From the NCBI GenBank assembly GCA_964035545.1, contig OZ037768.1:13339675-13403674 (forward strand): a stretch of DNA of 64,000 nt, read 5' to 3'. This DNA is from Bugula neritina (Eukaryota > Animalia > Bryozoa). Both the position numbers and the translations under genes were made by a program. Under the pieces are notes generated by a model, which was not told where the DNA came from, did not search any database, and saw only the letters and a program-made list of their open reading frames with translations. This document shows positions 27,951 to 41,546 of this stretch, piece after piece (positions within the stretch are counted from its first letter, which is position 1; the number at the start of each line of letters is the position of its first letter).

Positions 27951-28019
27951 TTTTTGAGTTATTTACTTCATTATAAATGTGCTAACTAAACTATCTTTAA
28001 ATCTTGTATTAGTGAGTGG

Positions 28020-28830
28020 ACACAGGTGCTTCCTATTTTTCCTAATAACTTTACCATCAACCTGGATCCAATAACTGTCAGGAGTGGTGTCCTATTTTAC
28101 AACAGTACCCTGTTTGCCTAAGTCTGAGGGGGAGTTAACCCTTACTAAATCATTAGTCTGTAATTCAGGTAGTCTCTTGGCTTTATATTTTTTGTTCCAT
28201 TTGCCAGCCCTGTTTTTAATGATCATTCGCCTTACGTTCATTATCACCGTTGTCTATCTGATCTACAAATGGTAATCCTAGGTTAGACCAAACCTAAGTT
28301 TTTTCAGTGAATAGCCTGAAGGCAGCAGGGTTGACCTATAGGCTAGTAAGGTAGAATTTTTATCAGTACTTTTCTGCCACAGTCTTTTTATGGTGCACAC
28401 AGCACTTCCAGCTAACTCATTAGACTCTGGGTACCTGGGGCTACTGGTAACTAATGAAAATCCTCTGCACTTAGCGTAATCTCTAAATTTTTTACTAGCA
28501 AAGCAAGTGCCATTATCTGACCTTATTATCTAAGGTATACCAAAGCAAGCAAACGTGGTTTTCAACGTGGTTATAACCAACTGTGTAGTCTAGAACTCAA
28601 TGGCGGGTACCTCAATCCATTTACTGTAGTAATCTATGACCAGGTATAATTGCTTCTCACACGTAAATATGTCAAAACCAACCACCATTCATGGTGGGGA
28701 GGGTAACTCGCTTTCGACCATAGGTTGATGTTTGATGTCTGTACTTTATGCATGTAGAGCATTGCTCGATGTAGGAAGCAATCTCTTTGCTCAGACCTGG
28801 CTACCAAATGTGACGCTGTGCACGTCTGTG
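28020..28830 (-). mobile_element. Gypsy LTR-retrotransposon integrase fragment
   Basis: W*PGLSKEI..YIEQCSTC; LVIDYYSKWIEV; FGIP*IIRSDNGTCFAS; TSSPRYPESN; RKNRKHL. Confidence 0.9.
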
Positions 28831-28855
28831 ACATTTGGAGATGATTTAGTACCCT

Positions 28856-29284
28856 TCATGAATTTTTATCTAAATATATACTACGCAATGGCTCGAGGGC
28901 GACCAAGGCTCGAGGTAGAGCCAGTATTGGGGAGTTGTCCTCATCTCCGTCCGCAGGGCTCTCACCGAGCAGTATGCGCTGCTCCTCCCCGGCGGCGAGC
29001 TGAAGCTCTACCGGGTTAGAGTCAGGGGCGCCGGTGGAAGGGACCTCTGAGGGGAGAGTGGCGCCCTGCTGGCTACTAGGAGCCGAAACAGGGGCCGGTG
29101 GGGGAGGGGAGTCGACACGACTCGCTTCAACTTCCTCAACATCCATATTATCTCCTACAACAGATAGGAGAAGCTGTGACAGACCAGTCTCACTATCGCC
29201 GAAATTCGGCATGCGAGCTAGGTTACAAACTGGGGTCCGAAATGAATCACAGAGAGTGACCGAGCCCACGTCTTGATCTAACAA
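28856..29284 (-). other. GC-rich, Pro/Ser-rich ORF, probably a retroelement accessory region
   Basis: 142-codon open frame in a GC island wedged between TE fragments; no recognisable domain. Confidence 0.35.
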
Positions 29285-29319
29285 GAAATCTTACTAGTAT
29301 TTTCACAAGCTCTACAGTA

Positions 29320-29490
29320 CTAGTGAACATTTAACACTTGTCCATAATTAGACTTCAAAAATTCTAACAAGCTTTTTGTACCATCGACACATTTATTATT
29401 AGCGTGATACCTGTATTGGCATAAATCACACTGTATTCCTCGTTTATGACTTTTTACTTGTTTTTTACATGCCCCACAATTTCCTTTCAT
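29320..29490 (-). mobile_element. PHD-finger N-terminus of a CR1/L2-type LINE ORF1 (truncated)
   Basis: CGACKKQVKSHKRGIQCDLCQYRYHANNKC follows the C4HC3 pattern. Confidence 0.75.
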
Positions 29491-29989
29491 GGTGGTGAAA
29501 GTTAAGTTGATAATCACAACACATTACTATCAGCCAAGAAAAATAAATCAACTACTGGTAAGAAAATGTAAACCAAGAGACAAGAAAATAAATTCAAACC
29601 TTCCTGATCTAGCAGTCCTGTAATACTCTACGACTATAAACACTCTCACTGACAAAACACACAAACGAACAAAAATAACTTTTCCCTTCCTATAATATAT
29701 AATTGAAATTCAAATTTAAGTCTTATTGGCCATGTAATGGTAAGACTAAGTGTTGGCTTAGCCTTATCGCAAGCCTAATGTAAGCTTATTTTTGATCACC
29801 ATCCATCCTTGGCCTATAAATTTGGTTAAATTTCGATTGGTAATCTTATTCAATATCAATTTGAATTTAATATTGCACTAGAATTCTCTTAGCGTCACCC
29901 TTTTTATAGCAAATCTTCAATTTTATCAACATATTTTACTTTATAAAAAAAAGGACGACCTGGCGCCGTGAAACCGCAAAATGTTAGAC

Positions 29990-31250
29990 ATTGCTTCGAA
30001 AATATTATGTTGACGTGTTGGCATTTTTACCAAGGACACTACACTGGGTGATATTTACATAAGCTTTTTGACATGTCACACTCTGCGCTTGTATGGCCTC
30101 TAACATGAAATCTGTCCATAAGACATTTCAGACGCTTCACAAATGGCTGAAATTCATAAGCTCGATCATAGCCTACATACTTTATTGTGTGCCCATCATT
30201 TACCAACTGTAACAGTTGTACAAACAGCTGGCTGGCTGATTTGAAAGTATACATCCCACGTTGATTCATAATTATTCTACCTGATTTGGCCATAGCCATA
30301 ATTCCTGCTGTTTTATGGTGAAATTCAGTTATGTTTGTTAATTTTTGCAACCAATATATTCGTTTTCATATTGTATCTTTATCACATTTCTACTGATAGC
30401 ACCAATACATGACACTGCTTGATCTGCCACATTTATTGTCACTACTATATGTTTGTCATCAATCCCTAAATCCAAAAATTGATGTTCTTTGCAATATATT
30501 GATGGAGTTTTGCTTTTTCCTCCTAAAGTTGTGTGTGTTCAGGCAGCAACTGATTTGTGTTAAGCATTTTTTTCTTAGCTGGAAATATTATGTCGAATCA
30601 GCATAAATTCTTCAGTTGATTTTCTTATTGCCATCACACATAACAAATCCCTCCGCACATTCTTCATTTTGCAAATGTGAGCAACCCATTTACTTTTTAG
30701 TTCAAAAATTATTTGAGCTGCGTCATCTAACACCTTATCTGTGGAAAGCCGTTTGGAAGCTTTGAGTCCTTTGAAAAGCTGGGGTTGTTATTGAAATATT
30801 GTAATAGTTGAGCTATAAATAAACGATTTCAAGTTTGTTTTTGATGAGTTCTCCACTGTATTCACCCATTCCATACAGCTTACTGTATCTTTCGCACAGC
30901 TTACTAAAGCTACGACCCAGTTAAATATCAACTAACAGTTCCTTGATGTAGTCAACATGTAAAGGCCGTTAACTGCCTTGTCACTATAATCTTCTCGTCC
31001 TTTGATCATGTGTAAAATGTTTTTCTGGTGTCTGTATTTCCATATGATGTGAAATATGTCATTTTACATTTGCTGCATGTAGTGTGATACACTTGTGCTC
31101 TTGTCATACCATCTCTTGTGTACACCACAACTTCTGCAGCCCGGTCTTTGTCTATTTTTATAACTTATATTCAAGTAAAGAATAGTTGGAAACAATCAGT
31201 GATATAAAGATGTCTATTTCCTTCTTCATAATACGTAATAGTTGATCTGC
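29990..31250 (-). mobile_element. Decayed KDZ (Kyakuja-Dileera-Zisupton)-type transposase with CxC5/CxC6-like cysteine clusters
   Basis: VVVYTRDG...YHTTCSKC; WVAHIC...CAEGFVMCDGNKKIN*R; KTAGIMA...IKYVGYDRAYEF...MDRFHVRGH...C...CKYHP. Assigned from recalled motifs. Confidence 0.7.
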
Positions 31251-32317
31251 ATGTACTAATGAAATATGTTCAGTGAATGAAGAATATACTTCGGCTACCT
31301 AGGTTGTTGTTGCAATACTTTAAAAATGAACTGAATTAACTGCAATCAACACTGGCTCCTAAAATGACTTTCTATTTTCATTAACTAAAAAATTGTCTGC
31401 TTAATCTATGCTGGATAAAACAATGAGCAGCAGACCTCAATTGATGATTAGGCTATATATCTGAAAAGTTGATAAATATTAGCTGACCTGGTCACAACAT
31501 AGTTTTTTCCAATTAGGAAAACCATATAAAATTTTAAAGGAAGATTGTACACCATCAAATTGTCCTCTCCAATAATCATGAACACGTAAAAACGGCTGCA
31601 CTCGTAGTCACTGTCTTTATGCTTTCCAGCTCCAACCTGGTTTAATATACAACATTGACTTTGTAATGTATTGCCTTTTTCACTAATTAATGAACACCAT
31701 TAAAATTAAAAGGATGCTTTTAAAATTGCTTCAATTGGCTAGCTTTCCACAGGGAGCCATGTAATTATGTAGAGTTTCTGTCAATATCTCCCTACTGTAA
31801 ATTAAGTATATAGCAAAAGTTTTTGCATTTTCTTATGTGAAAACACATTCTGTGCATTACTGAGAAGTTTGCATATTTAATTAAGGTACAGCATTTCACT
31901 ATGTCTTTGCATCTCTCCAAAAAATCTATAGAAACATTTTAAATACAATATACAACTATTCATGATCAAATTTCTAGCATATTAATTATATTGTTTTAAA
32001 TCAGTTTTTAATTGAAACAAAAAGCAGTACATGATGTATAAAATGCAAGTATGTGAAACTCACCTAGTGTGTTAGAATAGATGAACAGAAAAACATGACA
32101 GTAATGGAAAATTGTTTTTCTATATAATATGCTGAATCAGCAGAGCACTCACAGTAATTTTTGTAAGCTCTCCATAGCTTTGAATCTTGGCCAAATGGTC
32201 TTTGATGTAGCCGGTAATCTTTTTCCATATGAAAGGGGTCCTTCTGGCAGCAAAGTATGCATATGCAAACATGGGCATTATTCCATTATTATGTATGTGC
32301 ATACGTGTGTGCATATA

Positions 32318-34780
32318 GGGGAGACCTGGGTAATATGGGCCACTTGAGCGTACAGCCCATACTGGTGCTATCTCTACTATCATACAAATAGATTTTTAAG
32401 CTCCTATACATATGCTTAACTGAGCTATAATCAAACATTGGTAGACCATATCACCCAAAAATTTTGTGAGATTTCGGGTCATGTGAGCCACCACAGACTT
32501 AGTCACATAAAATCAGTTTGTTTGGGTTGAAAATGTGTTTTGCTATCATAAGAATTAATATAAAACAACAGATCTAAAATAAGTGTATAATAGTTATCAA
32601 GTCAATGTGTGACAGCTTTAGGTATTTAACACTGGGTAGCTTTTCATGCTGTCTTGTTACTCTGAATCTGAATTACAGTTGTGGCAGGTGAAAGCTTGGA
32701 CTGCATACGTCAGGTGCCAAATGTTTACATACCACACACAGAACCCCATACCTCTCTTGAATGGCTTTTTGAAAAGGCTCAAAGCAAGCTATGCATATAT
32801 TAAACTCATCGTCCGATTTTTCAGAATCACTTCAATGTTGTGCAATCCGTTTGGCACGTTTCTTCCCTTTGCTTTTATCTACAACGAATGAACTTGTGCT
32901 TGCATTTTGTTCTGATGCATTACTTGGTCTTTGTTTAAGCTTCATTACTTCAGCCTTTTTATAGCTTTTTTCATGGGGTCTGCTTTCATAGGTGACGAAT
33001 TTACCACAGCACTAGCTTGGGATCTTCGCTTCCTTGTTTGCAGCTTGCTACTGATACGAAGTAAAGGTGACAGCTCCACAATTAAGTTGGTTGTTACAGA
33101 TGTTTACTGAGTTGTGGATTGTTGCTGAACAGCTGGATCTTGAACAGAATTCGTCTCTCTATTATCTTCTTCAACATTTTGTGACGGCAATAAAGCTGTT
33201 TGTTCTAACAGCACTTCCCAGTTTTGTTCTGGTGTCAGGGACTCAACTGCTGAAAATTCTTCATCTGAGAAGATCTCCCTATTGAGTGGAACTATGCTTG
33301 TGGCAGCAAACCCAAACTCAGTCAGCTGCATTCTACATGATGCTAAATAAGCTTTGCTGAAGATTGCAGGGGCATTCACAGGTGCTCAGAATTTTCTAGG
33401 TGCTGCAGATGCGAAAGACGAACCTGCTATGCATAATTAGTTTTAGTGGTTTAAGCAAGCTGGCATCTAGTGCTTGCATTCTGTGAGATGTGCTGGGTGA
33501 AATTTTAACAAGCTGGATCTCATTTTGTCTCAAGAGTTCCCCCGATATCAAGGCTGATGTGGCTAGTGTAGTGTGGTGGTTGGCAATGATTAGAACTGGG
33601 TTACTGGGTTGTCTGTAATAGCTTTTGTTTCTGGCTGAAATTGCTGAAGCCACTTTAAAAACAAAGCTTCATTCACCCATCCACTCTCAGAGCGGTAACC
33701 TACAGATCCTGTTGGTGCACCATGCGCCATTCTTACTCTTTCGAAAATAAACATTAGTGGACTTAAAATTCTGGTAGCACCCATACAGCAAATCACTGGG
33801 GTGTTAGGACTACCCGCAACACTGATAATCGCTCTGACCCTTTTTTTACTTTCTCGGCCACAATTTTTGAAGACTTTGCCATAGTGGAAATACTGGTTTC
33901 ATCTATATTGAAAATTCTGGATGGTGGTATGAAAATGAACGGCTAAATTGTCGAAAAAGATTGCGACAGCTTGTCTATTGAACGCTTTCACCCTATTCAT
34001 GGATGTTTCCTCAGGTGTGCAAATGAATAGATATGGATTCCGTCTCAGAAAAGACAAGAACCACTCCTCACTTGCCATTTTCACTTCCTTGTTAAAGGAA
34101 TTGTCACGTTGCTCCTCTCGGCCAGCTAAAACATAAAAATTCATCTCTCATTCTCATGGAAAACTAGCTAAACAAGCTTAAAATGTCATGCAGCTATTTT
34201 TGAGAAGGAAGCTTTTAAAAGAGTCGGGTTCATAAGGGGAATTTATAGGCATTACCTCAAAATCAAAAGCTAATTTCCTCATCAATAACTGTCATTCCAA
34301 AAAATCTTTTCTTTTTTTCTAAATCTCTAAAAAGTGGTTTCCCACCAAGAGAACTTTTTTCCACCTTTTCTGCATCCAAGCATCTTTTTAGCTTGGTCAT
34401 AGGTATTCCAAATTGCCTAGCACATTGATGCAAAGAATTTCCTTTTTTTGCTCTTTCAATAGCTTCTTTTAGTGCCTCCTCACTTCAAGCATTTCCAATA
34501 TTTTGGAATAATATTTAAGCATCTGAAATACATTGCATGAGTGTGAATATTTCAAATACATATTTTATAGCAACTGAATATAAAGTTGTCTAGTCAATAT
34601 TTAAGGGTTTTAATGCTTCAGCATTGTGTGAAAAAATTTAGAAGTAGTATTATTTTCGCCCATACAAATGAATAAACATGCAATTGTCTGAGTGATATGG
34701 TCCGCAGTCCATATCACCCACTAAGTGGTGGACCATATCACCCAAAAATCACGTCGTCAAAATATTAAATTCGCACCAAA
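32318..34780 (-). mobile_element. pogo/Tigger-like (DDE_1) DNA transposon, decayed
   Basis: Psq-type HTH (SLHQCARQFGIP), ASEEWFLSFLRRNP..TPEETSMNRVKAFN, GAPTGS..SESGWVNEALFLKWL, TSHRMQALD and C-terminal PHD remnants. Repeated GACCATATCACCC subterminal motifs lie at ~32445 and ~34690-34745. A candidate end TA|GGGGAGACC is at 32316; the other end was not found. Confidence 0.85.
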
Positions 34781-34859
34781 AGAGAGTGAACGAGTATCAT
34801 ACTATTTGGGTATTTAAACATACCTTCCGGGAAAAATCCAGATGTAGAGAAGAGACTGT

Positions 34860-35960
34860 ATAGAGCAGGATAGCTTTGCCATACAGCTGGCAAGGTTTGA
34901 TAACTTGATGCCGCTCATCTTACATCAAACACTTTCCCTATGCGTTGCAATTGTATGCCTAAACTACCCGCAATATCATCAAGTTTACGCTTTGCTTTAG
35001 GGCTTTGACTGTATGTGCTGTATAGTTGGTCAATCATGGAAGCCACGTGATTGACTTGAGTGCATGAGTCAACAGCGTCACCTATGGAGAGTTCAACTCT
35101 GTGGCACAAGCAGCCCCAAAGAAATACTGTTGGGTATTTGGCCTTTAGACAATAGGACACCACTTTTACTTCATAGCATCGTTGAAGCACCATCTGATCA
35201 TGCTCCAATCAAAATTTGTGATAAAAAGTCATCCTTAAAGCCATAGCTGTTGAGGCATAACAAAACCTTGTCAAAAATATGTTCAGCTGTAAGAGAAAAG
35301 AGCTCTATCAGCTCTAGCCGGAAGTTGAAGCAATCCCCATGAAGCAGAGGCCACCTTGTACATATGTACAATAGCCAACATGACTTCCTACTCACTGTAG
35401 TGAATTTATCTATGATGATAGAGAGCTTTTGTCTGAGCTTTAAGATCTCTTTGCAAAGCCGAGATCGAATTTCTTTAGCAATACAATCAATCATTCCAGT
35501 AGCACTGAATCTAGAATGAAGCCTAGTTCCTAAATTGGTTCCATTTGTTTCTTGTAGCTCACAGAGCTCGGGATACGACGGCAGAGGCCGGCTTTTTTGG
35601 CGAGGGAGTATGCTGTTCTCATAAGCTTGGCTGTTGTCAATTTATATTTATGCTGCTGCTTTTGAAAAGCATTGGTTAAGGGCTTTCTTTCAACTGTTGC
35701 CTCTGTGCCAGCTGCCCATGTCTTTTAAGTTTAACACGAAGTGATGTCAGTTGCCTTCCACGGTTGCTTCCTGAGCAAAATACACTTCCTACTGTCTGCT
35801 CAGAACGCGAGTATGTTCCTTTTCCTTCAGCCTTGTTCATTTTGTAGTTTGTACAAAGCTGACATAGCAACCTACCTTTGTCTGTCACCATCAGCTATGG
35901 CTTCTCAGCTTTTTTAGCTTTCCAAATCTCTCAAAACCAGCAATCTGGTAGGTTAGCATC
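34860..35960 (-). mobile_element. hAT transposase fragment (ZNF862/KIAA1586-like)
   Basis: LSIIIDKFTTVSRKSC; DGASTML*SKSGV; CLCHRVELSIGDAV; YSQSPK; GKVFDVR*AASS. Confidence 0.85.
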
Positions 35961-37082
35961 GGCTTTGTCCTCTAAGCCATCGTCACCTTTCTCGTCTGAT
36001 GCCACATTGGCAGTAGCAGCTTCTGCTCCATATAATCAACGGTATATGTAAATGTAAGCTTGACGCTATTAAAAGGCACACAAAAGGCAAGACAATAAAG
36101 AAAATAGGCTGTAGTTAATAAGTTGCAATGATTGTCGAAGATAAAAGAAACATGCAATGGTCTTGATAGTGAGGGCTCATCATTGTTTACAGTAGTATTA
36201 AACTCTAACTGTTTCGCTGTAATTCAGAAATATGTAAAGAAATTAAAGCTAAGAATTTTGCAAGTCTTCCAACTGAACAAATTAAGAACAGCTTAGCCTT
36301 AGTAATCAACAGCATACAATAGACCCTGATACCCTATTTTTATGTTTGTTAAGTAGTCCCAAGCTTAAATAATAATTCTATAAATAACTGTATGCTCTGG
36401 TCACAGAATTCATTATTTACATTCTCATGATGATGATGATAGTAATTATGATTATGATGTAATGGTAGTTCAGTAGAGTAGTGGTAATGTACCTTTTTAG
36501 CACGAGCCATAATTGAATCAGAGTGGCAAATAGTAGTAGTACATGTATGTAGTAGTAGAAAATTAAAAATTGTAGTGAACTAGGCTGTGATTTGGGCAAT
36601 AAATCCTCACTGATGTGATGTCCTTTATTGTATTAATAGTCTAAGATTACACTGGTTGGCATCATTTGACAGTAATTGACATTGAGTGACATCGTCAAGA
36701 CTACAATTGCAATTCAAAACTTACAAAATCTCAGCATAAACATATATGAACAATATTATAACTACAAACAGTTGCAATCCTCAAAAAAGAAACAATATAA
36801 TTAATATAAATGACTTACTTATTTTTGCTCTATACAAATATCAACTAGTTCACTAGCTCCTGCTATTATCAAGTTCCAAATATTTGTTAAGTAGCAAGGA
36901 CTAGGCTGTAGAAAGCTTTTCTTTAAAGGTGCTTAATATAGCTAAGATAGCTGACCAAACTAACGCTAATTTCACTACAATAATAATAATAATGATTACT
37001 AGTATTGATAACTCATGACAAGAGGATGATAACAATACACTACTATTAATAATAATACACTATGATAATATTACTATTGTTA

Positions 37083-37640
37083 TTACTTTTTCCTCTGCTT
37101 TCTTTTGGGTGCCCCATCTTTGCGCAGAGCAGCTTTGGGCTGGGGAAGAATTAACTTGATATCAGACAAGCCAAATATGACGTGGCAAAAAAGCATTCTC
37201 ACCTGCATCTGGCCAAACTCACATTTTGCTGCTTGCGTTTTCAGCTTTTTAACAGAAAGGTCTAAGGGCTCCCCATTAGATTGACTCAAAGACCAAAATA
37301 CAATTGTTTCATACAGACTGTTTTTCCTAGGGTTGCAATAAGCCTCAAACTTTGCCAGAACATCCTCATCCTCCAAATCATTAGTTATTTCTTCAGTCGC
37401 AACTCAAACTGGCTGAAGATCTCGTATGCCTCTTCACTAGCACAATAAATCATTATAGCCACTTGCCTCTTGGAAATGGTCACATTCCCGGCGGGTCAGA
37501 ACCATCTGCCCTCTTTATTAACATAATTAAATTTACGGCCTATAAATAGTTCTGAAATGATCTTTTCCATTTTCTTCAATTTTTCGCAACATTGCCATCA
37601 AAGGATAATCGCCTGGAGGTTTCACTCCCTCCATCATAAA
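37083..37640 (-). mobile_element. Gypsy gag fragment
   Basis: VLAKFEAYCNPRKNSLYE..F...Q..GE.....KLKTQAAKCEFG...VIFGL. Confidence 0.85.
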
Positions 37641-37739
37641 CATCAACGGTAAAAAACAAAATCAAACCAACCAACAGTTGTAGTAGTTTTGTGGGTTTAT
37701 TTGAAATAGGTTAAGCAGTCTGCATGCCAGCACTATTCT

Positions 37740-38700
37740 TTGCTGCGTAAGTCTTCTTGGATAAATTAATATACCCGTCTTTATTTCCTAATAGATGTTT
37801 CTTCAGAAAGCTTCAGTGTAAGACTGCCTTAACACTAGAAACTCTCTCCCTTATATATCGACAAAAGTTCCCGCCACTTCGGGTGTCCAAGACTCGGAGT
37901 TCCATTGGCTGAAATCGAACAGACCCCCTCCGAAGTCGCGCCTTTGGGCTTCGATCTCAGTCGAGTTTCGGCTCACATAACATATCCAAGGTTATTTATA
38001 AAAAAATTGGCAGGGGAATACAACTCCAAAAAATGTATCAAGTACAAAAACATATCCGCAATTCCATTACACAATCTTTTCAGACTAAACACAGATGAGT
38101 GCAACAAAGGGCAGTGAGACCCCTCACCCCCTCCCCCCATCGGAAAGCATCCCTTTCCGAGAAAAAAGAGTTCTGTGAGCAGGGTGAGAAAGTACAAATA
38201 TAAAAAAAACAGTATTTTTTTAAAAAAAATATGTGAACTTAGCACGATCTAGGCAGATTGTCAGTAACAGGGTGAGTAGATGCGACTAGTTTCGGCGGCC
38301 AGTCTTTGGGCGCTCTAGGTTTTCCAGGCGGCGTCGGACGGGTCGTAGCTCGTCATCTATATGCCGTAATTAACGCCTGAGGCGGACGACTTCCTCCTCA
38401 TGAGAGCATCGTACTCTGCTGGCTGGGGGGGTCTGGTTTCCGGTTGTCGCCTCCTCTTATGTCCGGCGACCTGAGAGGTCTGGGTCCTGCTGCCGTCGAC
38501 CCGAGCCAGCACGACCCAGAGAGGCTGGGTGGCTGCTGGTCGGGGTGCTGGGGTTGTCTTCTCGTCCGTGCTCTCTAATACGGGCCGGCACGCTGGAAAC
38601 CCCAAGGCGAGCGTGGCCCGTTTGTGGGGTCGCCGACATGGGGCAGAATGAGGTCCCGGAACTCGGGGAAACTCTCTGCATCTACCACTAATGTCTGGCC
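37740..38700 (-). mobile_element. 3' end of an LTR retrotransposon (GC-rich tail, polypurine tract, LTR-like segment)
   Basis: On the minus strand, GATGGGGGGAGGGGG is followed immediately by TG at ~38127, then TATATAAGGG (~37850) and AATAAA (~37780). The LTR end is uncertain. Confidence 0.5.
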
Positions 38701-39035
38701 CGTGTAACAAAATATTTAAAACAAAAGAAAGCAGCCTTTTAAAAAAAGCTTTTTGACAATACCAAGACATTGCCCTCTTGTAAGCTACGTTTTCTGGCAG
38801 TGTTTAGATGAAGGTATAATTGGTTGCAATGATCTCTCCCTGAAGGTAAGCAAAATATTGTAAGAAGTATGGACAAAAACACAAACATAAAATACTTGAT
38901 TGACATCAAATTTTGACAAAGAAGTAACATAGATAGCAAATACCATTCAAGAATTATTTCAAACAAGTCTGATATCAAAACACGTATAATTTGAAATAGA
39001 TTTGCACTTTTGCATAGTCATTCTTGGGTGGTATG

Positions 39036-41282
39036 TAGGCCTGCACGGTGTCAGACTGCACTGCCAAATGATTGAATGTGGTTAAAAATAACCATACATC
39101 GAAAAACATCGAAATTTGGAGTTGTGTCCCCTTTTTTATTCGATGTAGTTCGATGTCGGCTTTATTGGGGAAGCGACTACTCCCACCGACACGCTTAGAC
39201 AACTCCGAATCATGTCGTATCAATGTACTAATGTATTAGCATATGCACCTTATTTTATAACACTGGCTACCAACTCATATTTCAGATTCAGAAAATTGGA
39301 TGGGAAAGCTGTTTCTAGGCCATTCTTGAAATAGACTACTGCACTACACTGTTAACACTAACAATGGCTACACTGCTTTATCAAATCTGTTTCACTGCCT
39401 GTGTGATTTTCAACCACTGTAGCATACAGTTGACAGCTGTTAAGATAATTCACACTGCTTAGAGTTAGTCACTCTATGGATACCTCAGTATGACAGCAAG
39501 TTCCTTATATTTAAATCTTTCACGACAAAAATACGCTAACAACTATAGGAAGCGAGTTTAACCTGCTAACATCGAAAACAATCAAAATGAGTAGTCAAAA
39601 GGTCTTCTCTTCATCTCAAGTAGAAAGATTTTAAAAATTGCAAAATAGAGGAGTGTGTTAGCTCAGAAGCAATCGAACCTCAGGCCTATCAGGCATTGAT
39701 AAAAGTTACGGATTATGTGCAGCTGAAAATTATTACGTTACATTCAAAAATTTGACAGCTTCAACTAAAACAGATTTTGACTATGATAGTTGACTAGTTT
39801 TGTTGAACTCTCCAGGTCATAAATGCAAGCTTTATCAATTAAATAAAACGAAAACAAAACATCAGCTTATTATATCATATACGGCTGGATACCATAATAT
39901 ACGCATGCAAGTGGTCACAAGTTTGTTTTAATGTCTGCACTTCATTCCGGCTTTTAAATGCTAGGACTGTTAGCATGTTCACTATAGTAGGTTTGAGACT
40001 GCAACGCTTCTTGCTGACAATATGGCCTGACAGCGAGAACAGTCTCTCAGATGCCACACTAGAGGCACAGACACTGAAGACACTTTTTGCAATCTCACTG
40101 TATGTAGGAAATTCACACTTGTGAGTCTGCCACCAGGTAGTAATCTCGTTCTGCGCCTCACAAGTCAGACTCAGCAGGAATTCGAGCTGAAAATTTAAGC
40201 AAAGCATTCAATTGCAACATATCACAAGATATATTGAATATGAAATTGTCAAGTATGAATATTCAGCTGTGTATATATATAACTGCATAAATCTCAGTTT
40301 AAAATATTACTAACTGGTACTCTTATGTCATGTCACTACTTCTCGTTTTGATTTCTCCTCTGGAGTCAGAGAGCCACTTTGGGTCTGTGACAGAGCTCCA
40401 ACATTTTTTTGCTTACTCAACAGCATTGCTGCTAGGAAGGATTTCTTCGGCGCTCGCGATTCTGCAAATAAATTGACAAGTACAATCATGAATATAATCT
40501 GTGTAGCCTGACCAGGGAGTATGGCAACCTCATTGGCCTGACTGGCAATGGTTCATTATTATAGATAATCATTTGAATAATTATTAGGCCTACTACCTCA
40601 GTATACTCAGACTGAGATTCTAAATAGATTCTACTACCTTAGAACAATATTTTTTATTAGTATTAAGAATAAAATCAAATCAATGTGATTATTTATGATA
40701 ATAATAGTAACAATAATCATAGACTCTATAGACCATCGCATAGATAGTCAATAGTGATAATTTAGTTTGAATGGATAAATAAATTAATAATACTTACTAA
40801 TAATTAATATTATTATTATTACTGCATGCAAACTTTTATAAGTCACCATAAAATTAGCCAACTCCTGTCCCACCTTTAGTTAAGTTGGTATAGAAAACCA
40901 GCTAACTCGACACCAACAGCAAAACATTACTCACCGATTGATCAATCATTTGAACGTCATTATCAGCTTCAGACATTTTTCTTGCTCTGCTGCTCTTTTT
41001 TCACCGCCTTTTCTTCTCATACGCTAACAATAGTCTGAAGAACTAACTCCATTTTATGACACAGCAGCTATTTTACAAATTCTAATACTCCTAACGGAGC
41101 GGCATAACGAACTAATTTAAGAAGGCACGCAAAGAAAAATTAATTATAAAGAGGGAGAGCAACTCCAAAACACCGAAACTTTGGTCGATGGCTTTCGGTT
41201 GTTAATAAACTGATAATCAGTGATTTGATTGGTAGGTCATCAACATAAACATCGTTTACCATCGAACCATCGTGCAGGCCTA
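39036..41282 (-). mobile_element. Internally deleted hAT transposon with TIRs and an 8-bp TSD
   Basis: TIRs TAGGCCTGCACGGTG / CATCGTGCAGGCCTA; exact TSD GTGGTATG at 39028-39035 and 41283-41290; dimerisation domain WWQTHKCEFP...ASSVASERLFS at 39875-40190. Confidence 0.95.
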
Positions 41283-41546
41283 GTGGTATGTGCTGCACAT
41301 GTATTACATTTCGAACATAATAATATTGTAGGTAGAATTGTAGGAAAGATGCAGCGTAAAGCAGTAATATATATGAATATACAATAGTGGCTTGTCAGTC
41401 AGCTTGCTAGCTGTAGTAGCTCTCACTAGAAAGTGGTTGATTGAAGATAGCAGCGGCAAGCCTACTCTGAGAAAGAATGCGGCTTGCAATGCTATTCAGT
41501 AATGCAGAGCTCTGGTTTATAAATAAGTCATAAAAATGTGTATTTT

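Noticed and set aside
39650-39700. B-box-like GGTTCGATT on the minus strand (tRNA or SINE?)
   Set aside because: No cloverleaf or A box could be built; at most a SINE fragment.
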